DNA from: Lama guanicoe
Taxonomy: Eukaryota
Assembly (NCBI GenBank): GCA_013239625.1
Contig: MU054212.1
Span: forward strand, 7,879,412-7,943,411
Direction of reading: 5' to 3'
Length of the DNA stretch: 64,000 nt
Positions within the stretch are counted from its first letter, which is position 1; each line of letters begins with the position of its first letter. This document shows positions 23,870-37,010 of this stretch, one piece after another. Under the pieces are notes generated by a model. That model was not told the DNA's origin, did no database searches, and was given only the letters and a program-made list of their open reading frames with translations. The translations under genes were made by a program, and so were the position numbers.

Positions 23870-24592
23870 CACAGCTTTCCTAAAATCTTGATGATAACAG
23901 AGAGATTTTAGCAGTCAGCATGTTTAAAATTAGTCATGAGCATAGTTATTCCTTAGACCCTGGTCACATCCTTCAGAAGGAGGCTCACATTGGCTCCTTG
24001 CCCCTGGGCCACCATGTTTTAGAACCTGCTTCCCCTTCAGATGAGTGCTCCCTTTGGCCCGGACCTTGCTCCCGGGATCCAGGCCTCCAGCACTCATCCT
24101 CCCTGGATCTAGTTATTAGCTCAGTTTTCCGGTTATACCGCCCACCATGAGCACAGCATTGTTGAGCGGCTAGTGGTGGCCCAATTCCTGGGGGTCCCCT
24201 CCCCTTCCCCAAATTGTGGAATGACCCTCCTACGTGTTAGCATATGAAGCTGCCCAGCCCATAATGACTAACCACCCCCAAGCTCATGGCTGAGCTCCGT
24301 TTCCTAGACGACCCCGTGCTCTGAGGCCCCCTCCCCCTCCCCTCTCTCGATGACCTGCATCCTGCCTGTGGAATGCGTCGCTCCTAGGCCTCGAGCGCTC
24401 TCTTGCCTTCGGAGATGGCCCGCGCTCTGTCTATGGAGTGTGTATCTCCCTAAATAAATCTACTTTCATTCACCTACGGCTCGCTCTTGAATTCTCTCCT
24501 GCACGACGCCAAGGACCCTCACTTGATGGGGTGCGTCGCAGGGACACCGCCTGGGACATGGCCATCCTCTCGCACCCAATGTTCCTGTAACA
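23870..24592 (+). mobile_element. ERV1-type solo LTR (MER41/LTR39-like); left boundary uncertain
   Basis: AATAAA near 24453 followed by CTCGCTCTTGAATTCTCTCCTGCACGACGCCAAGGACCCTCACTTG and terminal TTCCTGTAACA, typical of MER41-group U5 regions. Confidence 0.7.
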
Positions 24593-25538
24593 TACATACT
24601 CGTACTACTTGATGGACAGTTCCTGTCCACCCTCCCCCGTCACCTTGCCACCGACCTCTTAATTACTTGTCCTTTCCCAGGGGCACATTCCAAGGGAAGG
24701 GAGAAACTCAGTAGCTTCTATCACTCCTTCATCTAATCTTTCTCACGGAAAATGCTTTTAGGCATCCCTCACAGAGCTCTAAAATGTCTGCTGTGCTGAT
24801 GTGTCCCAAGTCCCAAACACGAGGTAGAAGAATCTGGGAAAACACACTCAATAGCCCAACAGCAAATGCTTTCCAAGCTTAGGGCTCAGTGAATGGGTGA
24901 TTTTGCCCCTAAATGTTCTGCTTAAACTGACCTAATTCAATTACCTGACTCATCTAAGTCAGTGGATTTTATTTTTTCTCGTATGTTATATCTGCAGCTG
25001 TATTTTCCTTATCCACGTTCTCATCTCCCCATCCAGGTTGTAGGCCGTTTATATCACGTTGTCTCCCTCTAGCACAATACGTGCTTTTAGAAGGCACTTC
25101 ATATTTATTAAATTAGAATACGTCATCTAATTTTAGAGTAAGTCTCACAGAAGAGACCGAGAAACTGCGATCTCTGTGTACTGTGTATTCAGACTGAGAA
25201 AATGAATTCTTTCAAGAGTGAGGTCTCAGGAGTCTGCCTGTTTCCCTGACTTCACAGGTAGACCTGATTTTCAGAAACGTCCTTCCTTTTTCTCTCTAGA
25301 TGAGAAATAATATCTCCTGTCAAATGGAGACCTCATCATGGCTGTGCAAACACACCTGAATTTACAGGATATGGGATTGTCAGGGAGGGTGGCCAGACAA
25401 ATATTTACTCCCCTTTCCCCGGTGAGTTACCTGACAATCTGCCACTCAAACCACACAGCTCCTCCCTGCTCTCCTGACAAAATACAGGGCCATAAAAGAA
25501 CTCAGACCCCATCAAGAGCTCTACCCACTTAAAAAAAA

Positions 25539-25844
25539 TTATTAAAATATAGTTGATTTACAATATTGTGTTAATTTCAGGTGTACAGCAAAGTGATTCG
25601 GTGATACATACATGTATATATCTCTGTATTCCTTTTTCAATTCTTTTCCATTACAGGTTATTACAAGATATTGAATCTAGTTCCCTGTGCTCTACAGTAA
25701 ACCTTTGCTGTTTATCAATTTTATGTAAGGCATCTGTTAATCCCATACTCCCAATTTATCCCTCCCCTTTGGTAACAAGTTTGTTTCCGACGTCTGTGAG
25801 TTGGTTTCTGTTTTGTAAATAAGTTCACTTGTACGACTTTTTAG
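25539..25844 (-). mobile_element. 5'-truncated L1 3' end
   Basis: ATAGTTGATTTACAATATTGTGTTAATTTCAGGTGTACAGCAAAGTGATTC ... TTTCTGTTTTGTAAATAAGTTCA. Confidence 0.92.
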
Positions 25845-26354
25845 CTCTGCCAAATTTTATATCAGTTTGAATTTACCAACGTTCTGAGTTCTCTCAACTC
25901 CCTTGGGGTCCTTTTCCAGTGTGTTCTCCGCAGGATGGATTTTGGTCGGGGAGAATATTGGCTTCTCCGCACCCACTCTGTTTTGCTTTCAGTGGAAGGT
26001 AGCTTTAGAGACAGAAAAACCAGCCTCCAAATAACTCCCATTCCTGCCTTAGGCTCAGAGCACATTGGTGGAGTTTCACAGATCCCGCCAAACTGTCCCT
26101 GGGAGGGTAAGGACCAGTTCGAGCTGGCGGGGTGAGATTGCAGAAAGCAAAATGGACTCACAGAGAAGCCCAGTTTCTGTCCGATCACTAGAAGAATTCA
26201 CAGGAGGACCTTGAGCCAGCTCTTGTACCTCTTTGAGCCTCAGTTTTCTTTTCAATAAAATGAAGTATTATGACTAAATTACAGGTATAGATCCTGTCAA
26301 GTCTAAAATTCTGTGCTTAGATTTTCTAACTTAAACCCAATAATCCCCACCCCT

Positions 26355-26765
26355 TGCCCTCACAGGAATCTGTTCTAAGGAAGTAACCCAAGATGTAACC
26401 AAAAGTTTATATACAAAGTTATACTGTTTATAATAAGAAACCTGGAAGAGACTAAAAATGTATTTAACAATGGGGATAGCGAGATCAATTCTGATGCATC
26501 CAAATAGTAGAATTTTATGCAACTATTAAAAAATATTTTCAAAGACCACGTAATAGTGTTCTTGTTTTACGTGTCTTTCATTGAGCAAAAGAAAGTGATG
26601 TTCAAAATTATCCGAGATTTTTCATGTATAAGTTCAAGAAATACATCAGAAGGTAAATATCGGTTACCTCAGGTAGTTGAATTATATGTGTTTCAAAGAT
26701 ATTTCATAAATTGCATTTTTCAACTTCTCTACAGTGGACACGTGATATTATCTTTTAGTGAGAAA
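26355..26765 (+). mobile_element. Old L1ME-type 3' fragment
   Basis: AGGAATCTGTTCTAAGGAAGTAA...AAACCTGGAAGAGACTAAAAATGTATTTAACAATGGGGA...GAATTTTATGCAACTATTAAAAA. Confidence 0.6.
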
Positions 26766-27639
26766 ATGGACAACTGTAGCTTTGGTTATTAAGTTTAAAA
26801 ACCAAGGCTGTTTTTCACTAAGGAGAAATCCAGAATATGTCTGTATAATTATGAATTTTAAAGAGATGGGCAACACACAAACAGAAACTTGGGAATAAAT
26901 TTCCATAAGTGAGTAGGGCAAAATGATTCCAGTCTACAGTAAGTTATCTGTGGGCTGTGTAGCCATCAATTGCACAGTGCTATTTAAAAACAGATATTTT
27001 CTGTGACGTGTCGACAGTAGAAAAACACAAAGAAATCCTTATTATTTATAGCAACATTAATAGAATTCAAAAGAGGAGTGCATGTTTTGAGAGCATCTTA
27101 AGGGTAAAATGAAATATCTTGATATCGAGCTGTATAAATTGAAATGGCTTGCAAGGGCCTTGTTCTTTCATAAGAAATTTTCATGAATAGAATAGATACT
27201 AATCTGATTAATATTTTTTAGGTCAGCTGCTCAAAGCAGCCCAAGAACCTCTGTGCTTGCAAACTTTGTTCAGTATGAAGACCACAATCTTTTTTTGTTG
27301 TTGCTGCAGTTAACTAGTTTTCTTATTTGATTTAAACTAGTTCCCTAACAATAAAGCACTTCGTGGTATGATAAAATAAATAACAGGTTTAAAATGTGAC
27401 CTGAAAAAAAAAAAAGATCACCTTTACAGAAGTTCAGATTGTTTGGTCTTGTTTTAATTTCATTGACATTAGCATCCAGGTTCTTTTATTTTTTTTTTTT
27501 TGTAGCCATGCTGCATGATTCATGTTTGTGACCTCTGAGACTGTGTGGTTACCTTGAGTTTGTGGGAAATTAGGTGCCCTCACATCAAGAGGGAGAGAGC
27601 AGTGAAGCAAGAACCCTTGTAAGCTCCCTCCCACGTCTC

Positions 27640-27870
27640 TGGGTCCGGGGCTTGGCAGATTGACTTCCTGGCGTACCTCCTGAAGCATGATGTCACAGGA
27701 GCATTTCTCCCTGGGTGACTGACTTCTTCCTAGGAAATTAAGTGGGTCACACCAGCACAGATGACGTTACCAGTTTTGTTCACACTGAGCGAGAAGTTAA
27801 TCTTAACATTTGCGAAAGGGGGATTTCAACCTTTGTGAAACCAGGGGTACTGACATCATATTCCCTGATG
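27640..27870. promoter_or_regulatory. Candidate enhancer: ETS ACTTCCTG, palindromic TTCCTAGGAA (STAT/BCL6-like, 27727-27736), half-CRE TGACG
   Basis: Motif cluster in repeat-free DNA; function inferred only. Confidence 0.25.
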
Positions 27871-29164
27871 CTCAAGAGAGAGAATCAAACAAGTCGCTTT
27901 AACACCTGACGAGGGGTGCTTGCCAATCATATCGGATGCCCTGGTAGCGGTCTATGTTGCCTATAGAGAAACGACAGGCTCTTACTTTACAAAATGAAGA
28001 ACAATTAGACACCTAACCAATCCGTAAGAGGAAAAAGGCCCACGGGAAGGACTCCCAAAGAAATGAATACCAGCATCAGAAGAGTTTCAGTTCAGCCAGC
28101 CACACAAGAGAACAGCTATGAATTATTCAGACTGTGGTTCTCTTAGTCTTTCCTTCGTCGGCTGCCCTGAAGAGCATTAGAGGTGCTGATTCTCCAATGT
28201 GGGTGCTTCTTGCCCCCTCGCCTTTTCTGCCTTTTAGGATGGTGTCATCGTGAGTCACAACTCTTAAGGATTTTTCCGAGTTGTAACAGTGCCAAGGCTA
28301 TTTTCATCATCTCTACAGATTTGTTGTAGGCCCTTTTTTTTTTATCCCGTAGTGATAGAGAAATCTTACAGTGTACAACGTTCATTTTATTCTTTCTGGC
28401 AGCTTCGTACGATGAAAGTTTTTTTTTCTCTCCCACGGGTTGTTGCTGTCTTTTTTTTTCACCCTAAACCCCTGGCTGCTTCTTTGCACCACAAGTCTTC
28501 AAAGGCATTTTAATGCTAATTTTCCAATGCAGTTGGCTTTGGTGTCAGGTAATTTCCTGAGTTAGAGGACTGTGAAGAAAAGCAGCCAGAAGTCTGTTGG
28601 TGAGCAGTTTACAGCCCTTGTTAAAGACCAAGGTGACCTTTTAAAGGCTACTGCTAATCCAACATTGATAATTTGTTTAAATTGTGATCTATGTATTTAA
28701 TTTCTATCCTGAAGCTCGGTATGATGAAAGTTTTTTATACACCATTTTAATTTGAAAAAATAATACTGGTAAATAACATATAGACCTTTTCCTGAGAACC
28801 CAGTATAAGTATCAAAGTGAACAGCTTTCCCTAACATGTTTTTCTTTCATATTTAAAAATTCTTAAAAATCGGCTACCAAATGTAAGATCCTTCCCACAG
28901 TCCACTTTGCACAGGGAAGATGTGTAACTTTTTGACCAGTCAGTCCCGCCTAGATGGTTTGTAGGTGGGAACAAGCATGCCGAGCTGTTTGCCTGAAACG
29001 GTCGTTACATCTCTGCTGTGGCTTCAGCCAAACTTATACCGTGGAGCAAGTGATTGATAATGTGTATCTGGTTGAAGATGACAGCCTTAATCAGCAAAAG
29101 AATGTCAGGTGTCAGTGAGCTTTCTCATCGTCCCTTTTGTTCAAAAATCAGAAACAGTTTTACT

Positions 29165-29335
29165 GAACAGTGATTGAGCATTTAGTTTGTTTCAAGCTCA
29201 GTGCTTGGAGCTTCCTTTGAACTATCTCATTTAATCCTTTTTCAGAACTCTTTGAAGTCGGAACTTGACAGAAGAGTAACCCAGAGTTAGAGGGGTTAAA
29301 TAATCCATCCAAGATCACAGGCTAGCACTAGGTTT
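29165..29335 (-). mobile_element. MIR SINE
   Basis: ATTGAGCATTTA...TATCTCATTTAATCCT...AGAGGGGTTAAATAATCCATCCAAGATCACAGGCTAG. Confidence 0.7.
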
Positions 29336-29517
29336 CACCCACGACTGGGTAACTCCACAGTTGATCTTCTTAAGAGCTGGGAGCTCTTCTTGCCCACCTC
29401 CTTTTGTGCTGTGGAACATCAGGGGAAACCTGTGCAGACCCCTTCAGGGTTTAAACCACAGAGTTTGAACAGAGTGCTGGAGGGGCTAGGGTTTCCTCCA
29501 CTGCACTAGGGCAAAAC

Positions 29518-29720
29518 CCTCATTCCCTGCTTTATCCATTCAACAAACAGCCCAGAGCCCTCCATTGTGCCAAAACCCTTGCTGGTTGCTTGGTACAGAA
29601 AGATGAATAAGACACCCTTCCCCTTGCTAGGAAAGTCCGTATCTAAGGAGAGAAGATGGATGCGTAAACAAATTACTATGAAATATGAGCTAAATCTGGG
29701 ACTAAGCAAGGCTTAGGGAG
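29518..29720 (-). mobile_element. L2 3' end fragment
   Basis: TATCCATTCAACAAACA...TGTGCCAAAACCCTTGCTGGTTGCTTGGTACAGAAAGATGAATAAGACAC. Confidence 0.7.
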
Positions 29721-30489
29721 CGCAAGAGCAGAAGGACAAAGCAGTCGCTGGGTGGGGGACAAAGCACCAGGTATCAGCGAGGTCCTTGGGGGGGGCCATC
29801 AGCAGCTGAAATGCGGTGAAGCCCCAGCGCCCACCCCCGCCCCCGCCCGGACTCCTCCCATCAGCCTTCCTCAAAGTACTGGGAATAAAATGAAGGTGAT
29901 TCCCTAAATCTTAATTATGCAGCCATGGGTGTGGGAGTCCCAGGATGGCTGAGACTTTACATTATCCCGCCTCCTAGGTCTCTACTCTTAATATAGAGCC
30001 CCCAAATACAGTCTAGTTGATTCTAGTGGGCTGTATCGCCATAGATCCAAATCTATGAACATGTTAAATAGAACTGAAATCTAATTTGTTTAGATACTGG
30101 TTAAACACGGGATTTTGATGAAAAGAAAAGGAGGAATTTTTACCTCCCACCTCTGAGCTGTGATTAGAAGTTTGCCCTAGAAAACTTTGAGACTAGCCCT
30201 TCATATCCTGATGTACTATTTTTCAGTGTCTGTGTTTACTGAATCATTTAATGTATTTTTTTTAATTTTTAAGGGAGCTGTGAGATTATTGCTGCATTTC
30301 CTATTGAGTTAGTAACTGGCATTTCAGAATATTCGGTTAGCAGAAGTAGCAGATACTAATCAGTATTACAGGGGATTAGTGGCAATTTAAAAGTGCATAT
30401 AGGTACTTCATTTGTTGGTTTAAAGGTTCTGGGAGATCTTTTATACTTACATCTCTGTTATTCGTCTTTCTTTTTCTTTTTTCCTTGTT

Positions 30490-30848
30490 CACGAAGTTGA
30501 GTCAGCAAGAGAAACATTCAAATTAGACTTGTCATACAGAAGAAAAAAAAATCTGACTTTGTCAGGGTGGGTGGAGGGGAAAAAAGCAACTTTTTGTCAG
30601 TCTTTTGTATTTCAGCAGCTGGATTCATCGCTGCCATGGTAACGGACCACATGATGAGGTGTATTAGATTGCTGTGTGTTGAGCACCAGGGGAAGAATGA
30701 ACACAGCGTTTTATTGAAGTTAAAGGTTACTTTGGAGTTTCTTCTGTGGAAATGTGTAAGGTCAAATACTATAGCTTTCAGCATATGTAGCACTTTAGAG
30801 GAAGAATTAGGGGCATGCTGGTGCATTTAACTACAAAACCAGGTAAGG
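30490..30848 (+). promoter_or_regulatory. Candidate alternative promoter/exon: ARE TGAGTCAGCA (30498-30507), RFX X-box-like GCTGCCATGGTAAC (30630-30643), NAGNAG acceptor (30615/30618), donor CAG|GTAAGG (30842/30843)
   Basis: Motifs seen directly inside a repeat-poor block of about 3 kb; ATG at 30815 reads MLVHLTTKP up to the donor. Confidence 0.45.
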
Positions 30849-32903
30849 TTCGATTGAATCTATGAAACTGAACTCTGACTTCTGTTGCAGTGGTGTAATC
30901 TGCTGGGTGGAATTTCATTGTCACCCCCACCCCCACATGGACACAGGACCAATTTCTCCTGTCTCTCCTTCCCCAACTCCCTTACCTCTGACTTAATCTG
31001 TCTTTAATTTGAAAGTCTGAAACGTTGTGAATTTTTATAGCTCTGTGGCAGGGTGGGTGATGGGGTGCGTGCAAGAAAAAGAAAGGAAACTGGAAAGGAA
31101 GTAATAAAGATGCAGTCATTAGCTTCTTTAGATCAGTGTAAAATGGAGTTAAGTGTTTCCTTGTTTTCTTCTTTGAAAACAGTCCACTTTTCTTCAAGGA
31201 CACCTTATTCGTGGCATTGGTCCAAAACTGCTTGTCTCCTACATTAAATTAAGCAGGAGGACAAAGTTCTGCCGCATGTTATTCAGTGTATTTATTGTGT
31301 CTAGGATTTTATTCCTCTTTCTTCATCTTACTACCAGCCTCGTCCAACATGAAGAGTTCCGTTTTATCTGTAATGTTTACAGCACATTTTATTTCCATTA
31401 CTATTCCATTCTTTCCGACGTTGTGGTCGTGTGTGTCTTAGAGGATTTAAAAATAGAAGTGAGTACAATACGGGGTAGTAGAAAATGAACTCTTTTGCTT
31501 AGAGTCTGGTAAAAGCCAAATGTAAACAATTCAGGGTGGCTCAGTGAAGCATCAATTCCCGGAGCACAGGAGCCTCCCCTTGCGTTGTTTACAGATCTCC
31601 CCAGCAGCTTGCTTCAAAAGGGGAGGCTTCCATAGGCACAGAGCAAGTTAAAGAAGAAGAAAATTTCTTTATAAATAACGTGTCTTTGTTTCTTGTTCGT
31701 GGTTTCGGCTGATGTTAGATGTTTGGCTTTCTCATAAGACAGTAGCGTTTACTTTCGTTTTTCAGTTAAGGACTAACCTGTGCAACTTTTTTCCTCTTGG
31801 AGCAAAGTTGTCTTGGCAGCTCCAGAGATAAAACCTAACTCAACAGTAGCAGAACCCACCTTTATTCAAGTGTATTCACTGTCCAGTATTCAGTGGGCTC
31901 TTTTCATAGCACAGAGTCTTTCTTAGCTTTCTTAGCTAGAAGCCTTTTATTTGCCACTACTTGGCACTGATTGGGATGAAAGCCAATAAATTATCCCAAG
32001 GTTCCTCATATACCACTCTTTCTTCAAAAAGGGACACTTAGATTTTGTTCAGTCCATTTATGCTCTGTGATTTTTATTACTGTTTCCTTAGTCTTTCTAG
32101 TTTTCCTACGTTCAGGCCCTCTTCTAAATTTGAACAAGGGGTTATCATTATTCAAAGCAATTTTTTGCCAAGATTGCAAATAAGGGGAACTATTTCCATG
32201 ATAACAAATATCAAAAGGTAATAATAGCGCATTCGTAACATTTTTTAAATGTCCATGCTTGTCTTCAAATTCATTCTTTCCTTTTTCCCTTTGCTGCTTT
32301 GAATACAGAACTCACATAAAATATTTTCACAAGCTTAAGTGGTTATTACTTAAAAAAAAGAAGTTACCAAGAATTGGTGAAAGATGATACCTCTTAAAAT
32401 ATTTTAAAGTGTGAAATCCTCAATACTGGCACTGCTTGAGGTAAAAAGAGGGAAAGAGACGGAGACACAGAGAGAGGACAGGAGAAAAGAAAGACAAAAA
32501 GGTAAAGATAAGTTGTAAATGATCTCTTAACCAAACTTTCTTCTTTCCCTCAGTACTAGAATGGGTTAACTCTCTATGTACAAAGGAAGAAAGATAGTAT
32601 ACCATCGATGAGGTGAAATTAGCTAAAAGTACTAGTTTCCATCATTCGATGTTTCGAGTACATGATAAGGCATGGAGAGTTCCTGTCTATCAATTGAAAT
32701 GAAAACAAATTCCTATAGTGGGATTTGTTTTAGTCCTTGTTGTTTGGGGCTAAGATATCAGCTAGCTTAGACATCAGAGCTAGAAGTGTGTAAAAATCAG
32801 TCCATACCCAATTTCTCTGATTTTTATACACCTGACACTAGTTCAAATGCACATGTCCATTTTTAAGGTCATTGTAACTGAGAGGTCCATTAGATGTAAG
32901 CAT

Positions 32904-33662
32904 TTTATTTTTAAATTTTATTTTTAAATTTTAAGTAAGAATTGTATGTATTTAAGGTACACACCATGATGACTTGATAGACACATATTTAGTGAAATGA
33001 TTATGACAGTCAAGCTAATCAACATATCTTCTCCTTGGATAGTTATCATTTTGTGTCTGTGATGAGAGTACCTGAAATCTACTCTTTTGGCAAATTTGTG
33101 TTACACAGTATAATGTATTATTAACTGTAGTCACCAGGCTGTACATTAGATCTCTAGATTTGCTCAATCTATGTAAAGGCAACTTTGTACCCTTTGACCA
33201 ATATCCCCCTGGTTCTCTCACCCCCCCAGCCCCAGCCCCTGATAACCATCATTCTAATCTCTGCTTCAATATATTCGACTTTTTTAGATTCCATGTATAA
33301 GTGAGACCATGCACTAGTTTTCTTTCAGTGTCTGGCTTATTTCATTAGTATAATGTCTTTCAGGTTCATCTGTTTTGTTACAGATGGCAGGATCTTCCTC
33401 TTTTTCAAAGCTGAATAATATTCCATTTTATGTATATGCTACAATTTCTTTATCCATTCATCTGTTGAAGGACACTTAGATTGTTTCCATATCTTGGTTA
33501 TCGTGACTAGTGCTACAGTGAGCATAGAAGTGCAGATGTCTCTTCCAGGTACTGACTTAATTTCCTTCGGGTGTTTACTCAGAAGAGGGATTGCTGGATT
33601 ATATGGTAGCTCTGTTTTTAGTTTTTTTTTAGAAACCTCCCCACTGTTTTCCATAATAGCTC
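32904..33662 (-). mobile_element. L1MA8/9-like 3' end with decayed ORF2 C-terminus
   Basis: ORF 33439-33654(-) LKTELPYNPAIPLL...DICTSMLTVALVTITKIWKQSKCPSTDEWIKK is recognisably L1 ORF2p C-terminus; the 3' UTR TTAACTGTAGTCACCAGGCTGTACATTAGATCTCTAGA fits L1MA9-like elements. Confidence 0.92.
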
Positions 33663-35167
33663 CATGGAAGCTCCTTTTATCGTTGTTTTGATGCTTACAT
33701 TCTTAAGAAGCAAAATGACTTTGGGTATTCTTGCTTTAAATTAGCAATTTTGCAAAAGATGTCTTAATTAGATCATTTTTGTCAACCTTTGTTTAAATCA
33801 TGCTTTATTGTTAATTTTGAATGAACTGGAAATATTTCTTTTAAACATTTTAGCTTTAATTTCTAGAGCTCCCTAGCCTCTCAGACAAATAGCTAATTGT
33901 CTGCAAACATTTACCTCTATTAAGGAGATAGATGTTCAACAGAGTCATAATAAGGAAGAATCATTGACTATTATAGCCTCTTCAATAAAGTTAATGATAA
34001 TTTTTGGGGCCCCAGGACAGTGTTTCTGAAATAGATGAAGATCGAGCAATGAATAACGACACCATATCAGCTAGATATTCCACTTTTAGGAGTTGCTACT
34101 TTTAAACCTATGACTTCATTAAGGTGGATTTTATTATTGACAACTGTGTGACCTTTTGTCTAGAAAGACTTGGGCTCTTTTTTAAGATTCTTAAATATTT
34201 CAAATGAAAAAAGAAGTAATGGTACCGTGATCGTGGGCGTGATGTTGATGACGATGGCAGTAATGATGAATGCAGAGAGTAAGACAGGTTTCATCACGAA
34301 AGCTCTAAGCTCTGTGTGTAGGCAAAGGCCAATGTTTTTAGAAAGAACCCAGAAATTTCTAATGGGTGGTATGATTTTCAGATATTTACTCCCAACCTGA
34401 TTAAATCCATTAATAGCATTTACAAATCACTAACAATAGATGTGCTTGTGATGTTCTTATCAGAGCCTATTATAAAGGATGTCGACTTTGTTCAATAAGC
34501 AGTAGAGGCTTTCATCATTAATGGTGAAACTTACCAAGAATTGTACAGTGTGTGGACCAATATCTGATAGGAAAAGAGTAAATGCATTGCTAGAAATGAA
34601 CAGTTTGTTACACTTTTAATATATGGAAAGGTACAATCAACTGGTTTCATTTTCATGGTAACATTAGCTTGATACATCTTAGAGTAATATAATTATAATT
34701 CCCCTCTACCTGTCATGCACATTATAAAGTGTTCACTGTTGACACCATTTAAGTATTTTAATTATTGTATACGTTTTAATTACTTGTTTTAAATAACAAT
34801 GATATTTTGTGTCTGAAACTTATTAATTAGGGTTTGTTTGGGGAAAAATTATACTCAGAAAAACCACTTGCCTCTACCTACTCTCATATGAAAAAAAAAA
34901 TAGCAGACGGATTGGCAATTCCATCAAATTAGTGGAGGAAAATATAGAACTTGAGGTAGAAAAGCATGCCTTCAAAGGCAGACACCCTAAATGAATGGTT
35001 ATGTGAAAAGTCATTACTTCTGGAAAATGTTATAAGCAAAATTAAAAGACAAATAGCTAATTAGAATCATGTGCTTTGCAACGTACATGAAAGAAAAGGT
35101 AAGGATCTGTATAGTATATTATGAGGTCTCATAAATCAGTAAGAAAGAGAACAGCACTAATGTTTTA

Positions 35168-35325
35168 AAACTTTATTTTTTAGTGCAGTTTAAGGTTTGC
35201 AACAAAATTGAAGGGGAGGTACAGAGGTTTCCCATCATTCCCTGTCCCCACACCTTCATAGCCTCCCCCATTTTCAACATCACCAGAATGGTACAAAAAT
35301 TTTTTACCATAGATAACTAACAATG
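35168..35325 (-). mobile_element. Old L1M (L1MC-like) 3' end fragment
   Basis: TTTTAGTGCAGTTTAAGGTTTGCAACAAAATTGAAGGGGAGGTACAGAGGTTTCCCAT...AGCCTCCCCCATTTTCAACATC. Confidence 0.7.
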
Positions 35326-35337
35326 AAGGTGGGAACA

Positions 35338-35800
35338 TTATTTTTTGATTAAAGTACAGTTGATTTACAGTGTTTGTTAGTTTCTGCCTGTACAGCATAG
35401 TGATTCAGTTACACATATATCTTTTTCATATTCTTTTTCATTATAGGTTATTACAAAATATTGAATATAATTCCCTGTGCTATGCAGTAAGTCCTTGTTG
35501 TTTATCTACTTTATATATAGTACTGTGTATGTATTAATTCCAAACTCCTAATTTCTCTGTCCTCCTCCTTCCTCTTTGGCAGTCGTAAGTTTGTTTTTCA
35601 TGTCTGTGTGTCTGTTTCTGTTTTGTAAATAAGTTCATTTGTATCATTTTTTAAAATTCTACATATAAATGATATCATATGATATTTGTCTTTCTCTGCC
35701 TGACTTACTTCACTTGGTACGATAATCTCTAGGTCTATCCATGTTGCTGAAAATGGCATTATTTCTTTCTTTTTGTGGCTGAGTAATATTCCATTGTATC

Positions 35801-35834
<34 letters not shown>

Positions 35835-36056
35835 CACCACAACATCTTTATCCAATCATCTGTCAGTGGACATTTAGCTTACTTCCTTGTTTTGATTATT
35901 GTAAATAGTGCTTCTGTGAATATTGGGGTGCAAGTATCTTTTCGAATTAGAGTTTCCTTCGGATATATGTCCAGGAATGAGATTGCTGGATCATACGGAC
36001 ACTCTGTTAAGTTTTTTAAAGAACTGGTCTCCATAGTGGCTGCACCAAATTACATT
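35338..36056 (-). mobile_element. L1 3' portion (cetartiodactyl type) with ORF2 C-terminal remnant
   Basis: ORF 35598-35855(-) contains KKKEIMPFSATWIDLEIIVPSEVSQAEKDKYHMISFICRI; 3' UTR is like the other copies in the window. Confidence 0.93.
35802..35833. repeat. Compound (GATA)n(GACA)n tetranucleotide microsatellite inside L1
   Basis: AGATAGATAGATAGACAGACAGACAGACAGAC. Confidence 0.9.
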
Positions 36057-36734
36057 CAAGGTGGACCTTTATATTCACGAAAGTTTCCCTATCATGAAAA
36101 TCTTTTCTTCGCTATTGACAAATTGTGCTTTTTTTTTCTTTCCAACATACAAGAACATTTAAAATATATAATTCAAGCTCGTTTAGAAAGGTCAAAGACA
36201 GCTCCCTTTATCATTGTGGAAGCAGTCTTCTACTCGAATTTCTGACTTGGGTACATTAGTATTCTCCTGCCTTTGCCCCATTTGGGTCGATTTTCTTTTC
36301 TCCTGGCAGTAGATCCAGGTTCATCTGTGGGTTGGAAGTTAGTAGAAGCTGGTACCTCCAGCATCAGAGCCTCCACGTTTTCCAGTAAATTACTTTTGAT
36401 TTCTTCCAAAGTCTTATGACTTTGGGGAAATGCAGGGGAAAAAAATGAAGGAGATAGAGCATTGTCATGACGATAAAGAGCTGGGAGGAGGAGAGGGTAT
36501 TGCTGTGCATCCATTGGAAGGGATGCAGAGCAGCCTGGCTGTAAGGAGGACTTTGGCAGTACCTGCCAGCCAAGGTGAGTGAGGAGGGAATAGCAGCTAT
36601 TTGGCCAATGGGCTGACCATGTCATTCTTCCCAGCGTGTTGGACCACAGTGGGAAACCCAAACATACAAGAGGACACACAGGAACGTGTTCTATGAGAGT
36701 TCTGTGAGTTCTCTGTTGTAATAGAATAGTTTCC

Positions 36735-37010
36735 AAGTGCCAGATACTGTTCTAAGTGCTTTTCATTTAAGCCATTTAATTTTCAGTTAATTGAGCCTCA
36801 TTTAGAAAACCATACCTAACACATAGATATCACCGAATATATATATATGTAGTTAATATCTTTCAGTTAATCTTTACAACAGCCTCATGAGTCAGGTACT
36901 TTAATCATCTTTATTTTACAGAGGAAGAAATGAAGTCCAGAGAGGTTAAGCAATATCCCCAAGGGTGAACAGTTAATGAGAAGGAGAGGTGTAGTTACTG
37001 GGATTCAACC
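36735..37010 (-). mobile_element. MIR SINE with an internal insertion
   Basis: GTGCCAGATACTGTTCTAAGTGCTTT ... TTATTTTACAGAGGAAGAAATGAAGTCCAGAGAGGTTAAGCAA. Confidence 0.8.

Noticed and set aside
28715..28800. C/D-box snoRNA-like spacing (ATGATGA at 28721 ... CTGA at 28792)
   Set aside because: The terminal stem is weak, there are no clear C'/D' boxes, the interior is very AT-rich, and I recognise no rRNA/snRNA guide. A snoscan or Rfam search would settle it.
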